Part shown: in pieces, positions 1 through 8,155 of the stretch | How the letters are laid out: every line of letters starts with the position of its first letter | How positions within the stretch are numbered: position 1 is the first letter of the stretch | NCBI GenBank assembly: GCA_017453605.1 | Contig: JAFTEP010000224.1 | Span: forward strand, 1-40,523 | Direction of reading: 5' to 3' | DNA: 40,523 nt | From: Clostridia bacterium | GTDB taxonomy: Bacteria > Bacillota > Clostridia > Oscillospirales > SIG627 | Position numbers and translations under genes: made by a program | Notes under the pieces: model-generated | What the model was told of the DNA's origin: nothing | The model's database searches: none | The model's input: only the letters and a program-made list of their open reading frames with translations

Positions 1-314
1 AAGCGGATGAAGTCGACTCCGATCTCGTCTTTGTGCCGCTCCCAGTATTCGTATTCAAGCCTCGACGGGTACGACAAAAGATTTTTTTCGTCCGCCATGT
101 ATTCGAGCATATCCGGCACTACACGGCAAAACCAGCGCGAAATAAACAGGGCGTCCGCCTCGCAGAAGCCGTATTTTGCGCGCTGCAGGATATACCTCGG
201 ATTAAAAACCCTCGGATCGTATTCTCCGCGAAGATCTCTTTTGATCTTCAGACGCTTTGTTTTCGGAAAAGCTCTGTTTTTGCCAATGGATCTCAAACCT
301 GAAATAATCCTCAT
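1..314 (-). CDS. hypothetical protein (N-terminal part; gene runs off window start)
   Basis: Not in the ORF track. Reverse-complement translation from the ATG at 314-312 reads MRIISGLRSIGKNRAFPKTKRLKIKRDLRGEYDPRVFNPRYILQRAKYGFCEADALFISRWF... with no stop down to position 1. AAGAGG lies 6 nt upstream. Same strand and codon style as its neighbours. Confidence 0.5.
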   Translation of the reverse strand, partial: MRIISGLRSIGKNRAFPKTKRLKIKRDLRGEYDPRVFNPRYILQRAKYGFCEADALFISRWFCRVVPDMLEYMADEKNLLSYPSRLEYEYWERHKDEIGVDFIR

Positions 315-394
315 TTATTGCCTCTTTCTTTGGTATATCCGCAAAAGCGCGCGGCAGAAGACGTCGGAGGCGACGTCGTTTATGCGCGAGGCGG

Positions 395-805
395 TCAGGG
401 GATCGTCCGAAACAAAGCAGTTATCGAGCATATCGAAGACCCTTTGTTTTTGCACACCTGAGACGGGAAATCGAGTCGCGTTTCGCGCTTTCCCGAAAGA
501 AAAGCCTTTTTTTCATAAAGCGCGGCAGATACCGTGCCGTCGGCGTTCTCGACCGCCGCGATCACGTATTGCCTTTTTCTTTTTTCGGGCTTTTGCGGCG
601 CTTCGTCGATGATATCGAGCTCGAAGCGGCTCAGGGCTTCGCTTATCGCGCAAATAAGTTTTTCGTCCTCTTCTTTTGAACGACGCGCCGCGTCCCCGGC
701 GATCCTGATAAAACAGCGTTCTGTGAGCGCCGGATTCTGCCTCTTTTCGATTTTCTTATCCCCGCCAAAATAAAGATCGAGAAAGGTTTTGTAAAAGGTC
801 TTCAT
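395..805 (-). CDS. hypothetical protein (136 aa)
   Basis: ORF on the same strand as its neighbours. Its ATG overlaps the stop of the upstream gene by 4 nt (ATGA coupling). No recognisable motif. Confidence 0.5.
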   Translation of the reverse strand: MKTFYKTFLDLYFGGDKKIEKRQNPALTERCFIRIAGDAARRSKEEDEKLICAISEALSRFELDIIDEAPQKPEKRKRQYVIAAVENADGTVSAALYEKKAFLSGKRETRLDFPSQVCKNKGSSICSITALFRTIP

Positions 806-1578
806 AAAGGTCGCGCCCGTTCAGCCGTCCGCGTGTCCGGCGGGATCTGTTTTTTTCCCCTCTTCGGTACCTCACAGAGGACTTTTTCGTCGCCGGTAAG
901 CTCCGTGACGCTGACGTTTACCCATTTACCGATCTTTACAAGATGATGGATCATATCGACTTCGACGTCTTTTTTGTCGACGTAGACGTATTCGCGCTCG
1001 AGATATTTCTCTATCAGCTCCGGCGAAAGCTCTTTGACTTCGCCTTCTTTCGTGCGGACTCTCGCGTAGAAGTATCTGCCGTTCAGGCGGTCAAGAAACG
1101 CGCCGCCGACGCGACGGGCCGCCTTTTTCATTCTGCTTCTCGCTTCATCGAGGGCCGCCTTATCCGCGGGGCGGTCCCTCATGGCGGCAAGCTCGCTTTC
1201 CGGCGTCGGGATCGGTTCGGCTTCGCGGTGCGGTCCTCCGTAAGGTCCGGCAAAAATGCTTTTTAGCCCTCTTTCGTCGACGATCCGCACACGCGCGGTC
1301 GTGACGTCGTTGAGGCGGATAGTACACAGCATTTTTTCCGTATCCACGTCTATCGCGCTCTCCGGAACGGAAACGCGCCAACTGATCTGCAAACCGATTC
1401 TCACGTTCATGGGATCAAGCGGGAGTATACAGCAAGAGAAAAACGCAGCCACGATCTCGTTTGCAAACACTCTTCGCTCCAGCCACTCTTTTATGCGAAG
1501 CGCAAAATCCTGATCGACTTCAATAAGCTTTTCGACAGCGTCAAAAAACGCCGTTCGCTCATCATTATTATTAAACAT
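802..1578 (-). CDS. hypothetical protein (258 aa)
   Basis: ORF 802..1599. I prefer the internal ATG at 1578 (MFNNNDERT...) because GGAGGAG lies 5 nt upstream and it sits at the stop of the phosphatase gene. No recognisable motif. Confidence 0.6.
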   Translation of the reverse strand: MFNNNDERTAFFDAVEKLIEVDQDFALRIKEWLERRVFANEIVAAFFSCCILPLDPMNVRIGLQISWRVSVPESAIDVDTEKMLCTIRLNDVTTARVRIVDERGLKSIFAGPYGGPHREAEPIPTPESELAAMRDRPADKAALDEARSRMKKAARRVGGAFLDRLNGRYFYARVRTKEGEVKELSPELIEKYLEREYVYVDKKDVEVDMIHHLVKIGKWVNVSVTELTGDEKVLCEVPKRGKKQIPPDTRTAERARPL

Positions 1579-2254
1579 AAAACTCCTCCATTGTGTCAAG
1601 GCAGATACAGCCGAGCCGCCCGTCCGTGAAGGCGGCGCCGCAGTCTATCGCGATATGCCCGTTTTTCTGCCAGATCCGCCCGGAATAAGCGGGGTCTATC
1701 AGCGCGGTCGGCGTGTGCCCGGTCACAAAGATCTTCTTTTCGTTGTATCGCCTGCCGTAGTCCGGCTCGCCCCAGACGAATTCGAAAACGCTCACGCTGT
1801 GGATATCCCGCCCACGCAAGAAGGACGGGATCGAATGGGAGAGGTGGAAGGTTTTCCCGCCCGCCGTAAGCTCCTCGTAAAGCCTGAATGAGTTTATATA
1901 TTCCACCAGCTTTTCCTGATCCCCGATATCGAGCGAAAGAAAGGCGTCCTCGGTCTCGTCGCCGCCGTTTGCCATCCACAGCGCGTAAGCCGCCGTCGAT
2001 CTTATCATGCCCGTGTCGCCGGGGTGATCGACGAACGCCTTCATCAGCTTCACGGCGGAGTGTTCGTGATTGCCGAGGATCGGGACGACGTTCGCGCGTT
2101 TCATCATATCGAGAAGCGTCTCGATCCCGCCGCCCGCCCTGTCGATCACGTCGCCGAGGATATAGAGCCTGTCCGTTTCTTTCAAGTCGAGCTTTCCGAG
2201 CATCTCAAGGTATTTTGAGTGCTCGCCGTGTATATCGCTCATCGCGTAGATCAT
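1571..2254 (-). CDS. Ser/Thr metallophosphatase, calcineurin-like (lambda phosphatase / PrpA-ApaH type)
   Basis: Full set of metallophosphoesterase motifs in order: SDIHGE, GDVIDRAGG, GNHE, HLSH, GHTP. Confidence 0.85.
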   Translation of the reverse strand: MIYAMSDIHGEHSKYLEMLGKLDLKETDRLYILGDVIDRAGGGIETLLDMMKRANVVPILGNHEHSAVKLMKAFVDHPGDTGMIRSTAAYALWMANGGDETEDAFLSLDIGDQEKLVEYINSFRLYEELTAGGKTFHLSHSIPSFLRGRDIHSVSVFEFVWGEPDYGRRYNEKKIFVTGHTPTALIDPAYSGRIWQKNGHIAIDCGAAFTDGRLGCICLDTMEEFYV

Positions 2255-2358
2255 TATTGATTATCTCCGTTTTTCTTTTTTCCGAAAGGAACGAGAGTGT
2301 TTTGGGCCGGCCGTCCGAGCTCTCCCGCTCTTCGACCCGTTCGCGCGGCCGGCGGCAT

Positions 2359-3057
2359 TCAGCCTATCGCCAGGATCTGTCGGTCGATCGAGTACCGGTA
2401 TTCGGCGATGATCTTCAGCGTTTCGGGGGAGGGCTTTCTGATCAAAAGCGGTTTGCCCTCGTAGTGTATGTCTCTCAGCTCGCCGAAGCCGTCCCAGAAG
2501 CGCACCGTGTCGAGACAGGGGAGGATCCCCTCGTCGTATGCGCAGGAGAGGGGAGCGGCGTCCAGATACGCCCTCAGCGCGTTTCGGAACGACTGAGTTT
2601 TCGCGATCCCGTCGGTCAGTACGGCGAGCTCTCCCGGCTTGTAGTTTTTCTCCTCTTCAAGATATGCCCGCAGATCTCTTTTATCGCGGGCGTTCTCGTC
2701 GAACAGACACAGGCGGTCCTCTTCGGCGCAGCGCCGGGTGAACGACAGATACTGTTCGGTCGCTTCGCATTCGGTCCCGTCCTCGCCGAGGGCGTAAGCG
2801 GTCATTTTCAGACCGGCGCCCCGCAGCGTGACGGTGTATCTGAAGCACTCGGCGGCGATCTGCGCCGTGATGAGGGTATTCTTTGCCGCTTTGACCCGTC
2901 GGGCTGATCCGTCGGGGCGATTAAAGAGTACCTTTCCGATCGCGAACAGTATCTCGTCGGGACTTTCCGTTTCCAGCTTTGAAAAAACGCCTCTGAACGT
3001 CTGCGAAAACTGCTTCACGCCGCCGAGGGCGGTTATAGATATGCTTTTCAGAAACAT
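2359..3057 (-). CDS. hypothetical protein (232 aa)
   Basis: ORF immediately downstream of the AAA+ gene on the same strand. The N-terminus MFLKSISITALGGVK resembles the first strand of ABC/SMC-type ATPases, but no Walker A follows. Confidence 0.55.
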   Translation of the reverse strand: MFLKSISITALGGVKQFSQTFRGVFSKLETESPDEILFAIGKVLFNRPDGSARRVKAAKNTLITAQIAAECFRYTVTLRGAGLKMTAYALGEDGTECEATEQYLSFTRRCAEEDRLCLFDENARDKRDLRAYLEEEKNYKPGELAVLTDGIAKTQSFRNALRAYLDAAPLSCAYDEGILPCLDTVRFWDGFGELRDIHYEGKPLLIRKPSPETLKIIAEYRYSIDRQILAIG

Positions 3058-3117
3058 CGTTCACCCGTATTTGGGAGTCGAAGCTCCGCTTTAGAGCATC
3101 TGTCGCCGATGGGAGGA

Positions 3118-5160
3118 TCATACCGCGAAGCCTATCCCGCACTTTTCGGCTTGGCCGCGCAAGAGCGGCACTTCGACGTCCGCTTCCTCTATCAGCTTCA
3201 GAGTCTTTTCGTTTATCAGATCGGGGTCCGTATCCGCCAGACGGCTCGCCTGGTTCATCTTCGAGAGCTCGACTACGTTTCGCGCGTATCTGCCGTTGCC
3301 GAATCCCGTCTGCTGTCTTGCCGCCTCGAAGATCACCGAGAGCTTAGAGGCCGCTTCGTCCGTGAACTCCACGCCCTTGGATCTGCCGATGATCTTCGCG
3401 ATCTCGCAGAGCTCTCCGGCGCTGTAGTCGGCGAACGGAACGTGGAAGGCTATCCTTGAACGGAGCCCCGGATTGCGGTTGATGAAGTTCTCCATCTCGC
3501 GTGGATAGCCCGCGAAGATCACGACCAGATCCTCGCGCCTGTTCTCCATTTCCTGCACGATGGTGTTGATCGCCTCGTCGCCGAACAAACCGTCGCGGCC
3601 CTCGACCAGAGAGTACGCCTCGTCGATGAACAGCACTCCGCCCATCGCCGCCTTGAACTTCTCTTTTACGGTCGGCGCGGTCCAGCCGACGAACTTCCCG
3701 ACGAGATCCCCGCGTCCGACCTCGACCAGATGCCCCTTAGAGAGGACGCCGTTTTCCTTCATGATCCTCGCGAAAAGGCGGGCGACCGTGGTCTTCGCGG
3801 TGCCGGGGTTCCCGGTGAAGACCATGTGCATACTCGGTCTGTCGAGCGCGATGCCCCTGTCTTTGAAGATCTTCTGCAGCTTGTAGTATTTCAGCGCCTT
3901 GTCGATCAGGGCTTTCGCCTCACTGAGTCCGATAAGTCCTTTCAGCTCCTCGTAGGCGTTACCCGCCGGAGCCTTCTTTACCGCCTCCCGGCGGCAGACT
4001 TCGATATCCCTGTACTGAGGGAAAACGACCGTCTTCATTTTAATATTATACCACTCGTCAAAAATCCTCTTGAGTTCGTCCGGATAGTAGCTTTTTTCGC
4101 TCACTACAGAGTCGAGGAGCTTTTTGTCGGAGCGGATACCGTGCTCCATGCAGAGCACCCTGAGATACCTTTCCGATCTCTTTTTATCGGCGAGGTCTTC
4201 TTTTACAGTCACCGTGCAGACGCTCGGGAGATCCTCGAAGAACGTCTTCTTCGTCTTCTCGCGGGCTCTCGGCAGGCAGAACACGGTCAGGACTCTGTTG
4301 CGGTATTTGAGCATGGTCTCGCAGAGAGACGCCACGGTCTCCGTCTCGCTGTCGGCATACTCTTCGTCTTCGGAATCGTCGCCCGCGTGATATCTCACGA
4401 CGACGGCGCCTCCGTCGCAGCTTTTATAGAAGGCGTCGTATAAGGCGCGGGAGAAATTCTGTCCGGGTCTGAAATCCACGAAGCTGCAGCGGCGGCTCTT
4501 CAGGCGCTTTCTGTCGTAGAGCGCGCCGAGAAGGCAAGAAGTGAGTTTGTCCCTCACGTCGCGGTCGTCAGCCTCGATAAAGTAGTGGACGGGGTGTCCG
4601 AACGTATTTGAAGCGTCTGAGCCTGAATAGATCCTGTCGAGCTCGGGACCGAGAGTCTCGCCGCAGAGCAGCTTTTCGGAAATCTTATACAGCTCTTCTT
4701 TGCGGATATTCCCGTCGATGATGCTCTCGTCGTATTCGACCCCGCCGAAACGCCCCCGCCCGATGGAGTCGAGCCCGAATCTTTCAAGCGCGTCGTCCTG
4801 GCTCTCTATGAACCCGTTGCGCGATGCCGCGCCGAGAAGCTCGCGCAGATGGCCGAGGGTGATCTCGCTCATCTTCGGCTCCGACGCGTCTTCCGCGACG
4901 GCTTTCAGGAACGCGTCAGCCGCCTTTTCTGCATCATCCGCCGAAGCGGCGATTATCCCGCAGACGATCTCGCCCCTGCCGCCCCTGCCGATCCCGGCGT
5001 TTCTGGCGACAAAGCAGTAGGTGTCGCTCGGGGTCTTCAAGTCGAACTCGCAGATCTTGTCCGCGATCTCCCACGCGCGCTCGTGCCTCTGATGCGCGTC
5101 CTCGTTTATCCTTTCATTTTCGACGCCGTTCAGCGCCGCGCTGACTTTGAAAAATACCAT
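3118..5160 (-). CDS. AAA+ ATPase, SpoVK/CbbX-type C-terminal module with a long uncharacterised N-terminal region
   Basis: Walker A GNPGTAKTT, Walker B VLFIDEAY and NPGLRSRI lie in the last ~280 aa. The first ~400 aa have no motif I recognise. AAGGAGG lies 9 nt upstream of the ATG at 5160. Confidence 0.85.
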   Translation of the reverse strand: MVFFKVSAALNGVENERINEDAHQRHERAWEIADKICEFDLKTPSDTYCFVARNAGIGRGGRGEIVCGIIAASADDAEKAADAFLKAVAEDASEPKMSEITLGHLRELLGAASRNGFIESQDDALERFGLDSIGRGRFGGVEYDESIIDGNIRKEELYKISEKLLCGETLGPELDRIYSGSDASNTFGHPVHYFIEADDRDVRDKLTSCLLGALYDRKRLKSRRCSFVDFRPGQNFSRALYDAFYKSCDGGAVVVRYHAGDDSEDEEYADSETETVASLCETMLKYRNRVLTVFCLPRAREKTKKTFFEDLPSVCTVTVKEDLADKKRSERYLRVLCMEHGIRSDKKLLDSVVSEKSYYPDELKRIFDEWYNIKMKTVVFPQYRDIEVCRREAVKKAPAGNAYEELKGLIGLSEAKALIDKALKYYKLQKIFKDRGIALDRPSMHMVFTGNPGTAKTTVARLFARIMKENGVLSKGHLVEVGRGDLVGKFVGWTAPTVKEKFKAAMGGVLFIDEAYSLVEGRDGLFGDEAINTIVQEMENRREDLVVIFAGYPREMENFINRNPGLRSRIAFHVPFADYSAGELCEIAKIIGRSKGVEFTDEAASKLSVIFEAARQQTGFGNGRYARNVVELSKMNQASRLADTDPDLINEKTLKLIEEADVEVPLLRGQAEKCGIGFAV

Positions 5161-5201
5161 TTTTCAGATCCTCCTTGATCTTCTTCTTTCGTTACGAGCA
5201 T

Positions 5202-5233
5202 ATTATAACACGCCCTGTGTCCCGAAAACGGGA
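5202..5233 (-). promoter_or_regulatory. palindrome + extended -10 promoter module, copy A (upstream of AAA+ gene)
   Basis: On the minus strand, TCCCGTTTTCGGGA (5233-5220) is followed by a 12-nt gap and then TGTTATAAT (5210-5202). This lies ~40 nt upstream of the AAA+ start codon. Confidence 0.5.
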
Positions 5234-5242
5234 GGTGAAGCT

Positions 5243-5833
5243 TCAAAGAAAACAGCTCTCGTCCATATCGGAAAAGCTCAACGCCACGATCTCGTCGGCG
5301 AAAACGCGCTCGATCGCGGGAACGATCGCGCTTTTTATCTGCTCTTCGTCCGGAGCGAGGGAAAAGCCGTCGGTCATGAAACGGCCCTTTACGAGCGAGA
5401 ATTCCCTTTTGAATTTCAGGGCGTCGGGCAGCTCCGATCTGTCCGTTCCGAAAAGCCCCCAGACTTCGCCCGTCGTTTCGAAGTCTTTCCAATCCGAGAA
5501 ATAGGCGTCGTGCAGCCGGCGCAGCTCTTCCCGCGTCCTTTCGTCCCCGTCGCGGAGAAAAGGATGCGGTCCTTTGTGCGGGGTCATCACCGGGTCGATC
5601 AGAAGCTTTTTCGGGCCGCAGATAAGCATGGCGTAAAACCCCCCGAGCCGCGATCCGACGATGACGTCCGGATCGAAAGCGGTATCTCTCTCACGGAGAA
5701 AAGAGTGTATTTCGAGCGGAAACTCGGGCAGCTCCGGCAGCAGAAAATCGTGTCCGGGCATGGCTTTTGCGATGAGTTCTGCGGTTTTGCGCGCGTTCTC
5801 GTCGCCCGGCGCGCAGACGTAAAGGATCTTCAT
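5243..5833 (-). CDS. YqiA/UPF0227-like alpha/beta-hydrolase-fold protein, probably catalytically inactive
   Basis: VIVGSRLGGFYAMLI aligns, from my memory of the family, with the YqiA nucleophile elbow IVGSSLGGYYA, but has Arg in place of the Ser nucleophile. GGGAGG RBS upstream of the ATG at 5833. Confidence 0.55.
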   Translation of the reverse strand: MKILYVCAPGDENARKTAELIAKAMPGHDFLLPELPEFPLEIHSFLRERDTAFDPDVIVGSRLGGFYAMLICGPKKLLIDPVMTPHKGPHPFLRDGDERTREELRRLHDAYFSDWKDFETTGEVWGLFGTDRSELPDALKFKREFSLVKGRFMTDGFSLAPDEEQIKSAIVPAIERVFADEIVALSFSDMDESCFL

Positions 5834-5942
5834 TTTGGTTTTCCTCCCTTATAAAACGTATTCTTTTTACTCCTTAATCGTTTTTCCGTCCCGTTCTTGG
5901 GTCTGTTTTTTTGGCTTTCGGCGTTTTTCTCCGTCGGCGTAT

Positions 5943-5974
5943 ATTATATCATACGCATTGTCCCGAAAACGGGA
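5943..5974 (-). promoter_or_regulatory. palindrome + extended -10 promoter module, copy B (upstream of YqiA-like gene)
   Basis: On the minus strand, TCCCGTTTTCGGGA (5974-5961) is followed by a 12-nt gap and then TGATATAAT (5951-5943). The architecture and spacing are the same as in copy A. Confidence 0.5.
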
Positions 5975-6012
5975 GGCTGGTTTTTCCACTCTCGCGCCTC
6001 TCGGGCCGCGGG

Positions 6013-6042
6013 AAAACAAAAAGGACCGCGCGAACGCGGTCC
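6013..6042 (-). terminator. intrinsic terminator after the 117-aa gene
   Basis: Hairpin GGACCGCG-TTCG-CGCGGTCC followed on the minus strand by a TTTTTGTTTT run, 25 nt downstream of the stop at 6067. Confidence 0.7.
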
Positions 6043-6066
6043 GGGCGGGGGGGAGATATTCGTTTG

Positions 6067-6420
6067 TCAGTCGCCGAACAGGTCGCCGACGCATCTGCGG
6101 CAGCGGTAGTGATCGTCGTATGCGGTCACAAAATCCGTCAAGCCGAAGGCTTCGGCGATTTTAGCGACGATAGCGGGCTTGTCGATACAGCGGTCGATGT
6201 AGATTATCGCGCGACAGTTCGTGCGGTCCCACACGACGCGCCCTCTCGGATAATTGATGTAATCGCCGCCGCGGAAGTGATCCTCCCACAGCCTGTCGTG
6301 CCCGTACGGATTGTCAAGCTTGTCCGCCTGCTCCCTGCACTCCGACAGAGGGAGAGCGTGATATATCAGCTTCCTGCGGACGTAGAAAAATGGGCCGATT
6401 AACGAAATATAATTCATCAT
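6067..6420 (-). CDS. small Cys-rich hypothetical protein (117 aa)
   Basis: ORF between the WYL gene and a clear terminator. Contains a C-terminal CRRC pair plus three other Cys. There is no obvious SD before the ATG, and a TTGACA hexamer lies just upstream, so the start is uncertain. Confidence 0.5.
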   Translation of the reverse strand: MMNYISLIGPFFYVRRKLIYHALPLSECREQADKLDNPYGHDRLWEDHFRGGDYINYPRGRVVWDRTNCRAIIYIDRCIDKPAIVAKIAEAFGLTDFVTAYDDHYRCRRCVGDLFGD

Positions 6421-6502
6421 TTTATTATTTTGTAATTGTCAATTTTTTTGTACACAAGTTACAAACAAGATCTCCAAAACAACAAAAAGACCACTCCATT
6501 TT

Positions 6503-7486
6503 TCATCCTCCGTATTTTTCCGCCGCGGTCTGCAGGCGTTTTTTTATACTGTCGACGAGAGTCTGCGGGGAGGTGACGGTGACGTATCCCGCGTACTGCA
6601 TCGCCCAGTGCTCCATCGCCATGGGGCTGACCTTGACCGAGACCCTGATCTTGCCGTCGCCGCAGGAGCTCACGAAAATATTCCTGCCGAACCAGTCGAT
6701 TATCTGGTCGATCACGCTCTCGTCCGCGACGAACTCCACCATCTCCGGCTTGTCTGTATACATATACGGCAGAGCCGTTGAAAGCTCCCTGTAGTCGATC
6801 CCGTCCCTGAAGCCTTCGACTTTGTTGATCGGCACGAGCTTTTCCTCGGTCAGCGTCATATTCGTTATGCGGTCGAGCCTGTAGAAAGAAAGATTTTTCC
6901 ACTGCTCATTCCTTGCCATCAGATAATAGCGCTGATTGTGCAGTATGAGCTGATACGGGCTCGCCTGATGAGTGAACGTCTTGTGGAGCTTCTTGTCGAT
7001 CCCGTATTTGTTGTAATCGAAACGGATCTGCTTTTTCTGCTCTATCGCCTCGTCGACCATCTCGATGTTGAAAAAGAACGCCGGGTTTTCGGTCTTTTCC
7101 CATTCCTGGACGGAATGGACGTGTTTGACGTGGGAGCGGAAATGTTTGCTCGAGAGACCGCAGAGCTTGTTTATCAGATCCTTTGAATATTTCGCTGAAA
7201 TGTATTTGCTTGAAAGAACGCCGTCTATCAGCACTCTGAGCTCGGAGTCCGTGAAATCCCTGCTGTTGATGTAGCTTCCCTCGCGGCAGGAAACTATCTC
7301 AAAGCCCGCCTCTCTAAGAGTGGAGATATTGCGGCTGACGGCCTTGCGCTCGATATCGAGCCCGTATTCCTCCCTCAGATATCCCGCGATCTGTTCCTGA
7401 GTCATGGGATGCGCCGGATCGCTGTATTTCTGCAGGATCTGCATCTGCCTTAAAAGCGCGAGTTTTTTCGGTTCGATTACGTCCAT
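6503..7486 (-). CDS. WYL-domain transcriptional regulator (wHTH-WYL-WCX architecture)
   Basis: N-terminal HTH (MTQEQIAGYLREEYGLDIERKAVSRNISTLREAGF), then a WYL core (RYYLMARNEQWKNLSFYRLDRITNM), then a C-terminal extension. GGAGGGG RBS. Confidence 0.85.
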   Translation of the reverse strand: MDVIEPKKLALLRQMQILQKYSDPAHPMTQEQIAGYLREEYGLDIERKAVSRNISTLREAGFEIVSCREGSYINSRDFTDSELRVLIDGVLSSKYISAKYSKDLINKLCGLSSKHFRSHVKHVHSVQEWEKTENPAFFFNIEMVDEAIEQKKQIRFDYNKYGIDKKLHKTFTHQASPYQLILHNQRYYLMARNEQWKNLSFYRLDRITNMTLTEEKLVPINKVEGFRDGIDYRELSTALPYMYTDKPEMVEFVADESVIDQIIDWFGRNIFVSSCGDGKIRVSVKVSPMAMEHWAMQYAGYVTVTSPQTLVDSIKKRLQTAAEKYGG

Positions 7487-7518
7487 TTCTTCCCCTCCAT
7501 ATAAATTATACTACATTG

Positions 7519-7547
7519 ATTGTACCATATTTGGTGCATAAACGCAA
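7519..7547 (-). promoter_or_regulatory. candidate promoter of the WYL regulator gene
   Basis: Minus strand: -35 TTGCGT (7547-7542), 17-nt spacer, extended -10 TGGTACAAT (7527-7519). A second TATAAT lies at 7510-7505. Confidence 0.4.
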
Positions 7548-7644
7548 GAAAAAAACCGAAGATCAACTTTTTTTCACTAACCGCAAAACTTGTTTTTGCC
7601 GCGCGAAGATATGTTATAATAGGACAGTTGATGGACAAGGCTTG

Positions 7645-8073
7645 ATGGACAGGTTCTTCGCGGTCGCCTTCACTGACGATCGCGACAAGCTGCTCACCGT
7701 CGCCTTCGCGACCGATATCGGCTTCGCGCTGTTCGAGAACACGATGATCCCGGTGCAGAACGTAGACAACGTGACGGTCGGCTGGGCGATCATCAGGGGC
7801 TTCTCCACCGCGCTGATGCACGGAGTCAGGACCGCCGCCGTCGGCTGCGGAATGAGCTTCATCAAGAAAAAGAAGAAGCTGTTCTGCAGCGGCACCTTCG
7901 CCCTGCTCACTCTTGCCTGCATACATCACGGCATCTTCAATTTGCTCGTTCAGACGGACGACTGCAAATATTTCGGCTTCTTCCTGCCGCTTATGGTGTA
8001 TCTGCCCGTGATCTTCCGGAAGTATATCTACCCGAGGATCAAAGCCTCGAAAGAAAAAAAGGATCCGGCCTGA
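7645..8073 (+). CDS. PrsW-family intramembrane protease, N-terminally truncated (possible gene remnant)
   Basis: PrsW-like motifs FALFEN, RGFSTALMHG and IHHGIFN are present, but the N-terminal transmembrane helices are missing. The in-frame upstream extension to 7516 is basic and non-membrane. TGTTATAAT lies at ~7610. Confidence 0.45.
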   Translation: MDRFFAVAFTDDRDKLLTVAFATDIGFALFENTMIPVQNVDNVTVGWAIIRGFSTALMHGVRTAAVGCGMSFIKKKKKLFCSGTFALLTLACIHHGIFNLLVQTDDCKYFGFFLPLMVYLPVIFRKYIYPRIKASKEKKDPA

Positions 8074-8101
8074 TCCGGTCCGCAAAAGTTAATAAAGAAA
8101 G

Positions 8102-8142
8102 CCTCCCGCGAAAGTCTCGTCCTTTCGCGGGAGGCGGTTTTT
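8102..8142. terminator. bidirectional intrinsic terminator between convergent genes
   Basis: 13-bp stem CCTCCCGCGAAAG / CTTTCGCGGGAGG with T-runs on both strands. Confidence 0.75.
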
Positions 8143-8155
8143 GGAGGCTTATTTT

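Noticed and set aside
7-612. 201-aa and 89-aa plus-strand ORFs at the window start
   Set aside because: They are Ser/Arg-rich and low in complexity. They lie antisense to two minus-strand ORFs that have RBSs and protein-like composition, so I treat them as shadow ORFs.
2306-2353. 8-bp stem GCCGGCCG/CGGCCGGC between the 232-aa gene and the phosphatase gene, considered as a terminator
   Set aside because: It has a long 32-nt loop and no U-run on the transcribed (minus) strand. I cannot tell whether it separates two operons.
1888-2907. 339-aa plus-strand ORF
   Set aside because: It is extremely Arg/Ser-rich (RRRRLPSTARKPPS...). It lies antisense to the motif-bearing phosphatase gene and the 232-aa gene, which is a typical high-GC antisense artefact.
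6047-6053. G7 homopolymer as a phase-variation tract
   Set aside because: It lies between a stop codon and the terminator hairpin, so length changes would not alter any reading frame or promoter spacing.
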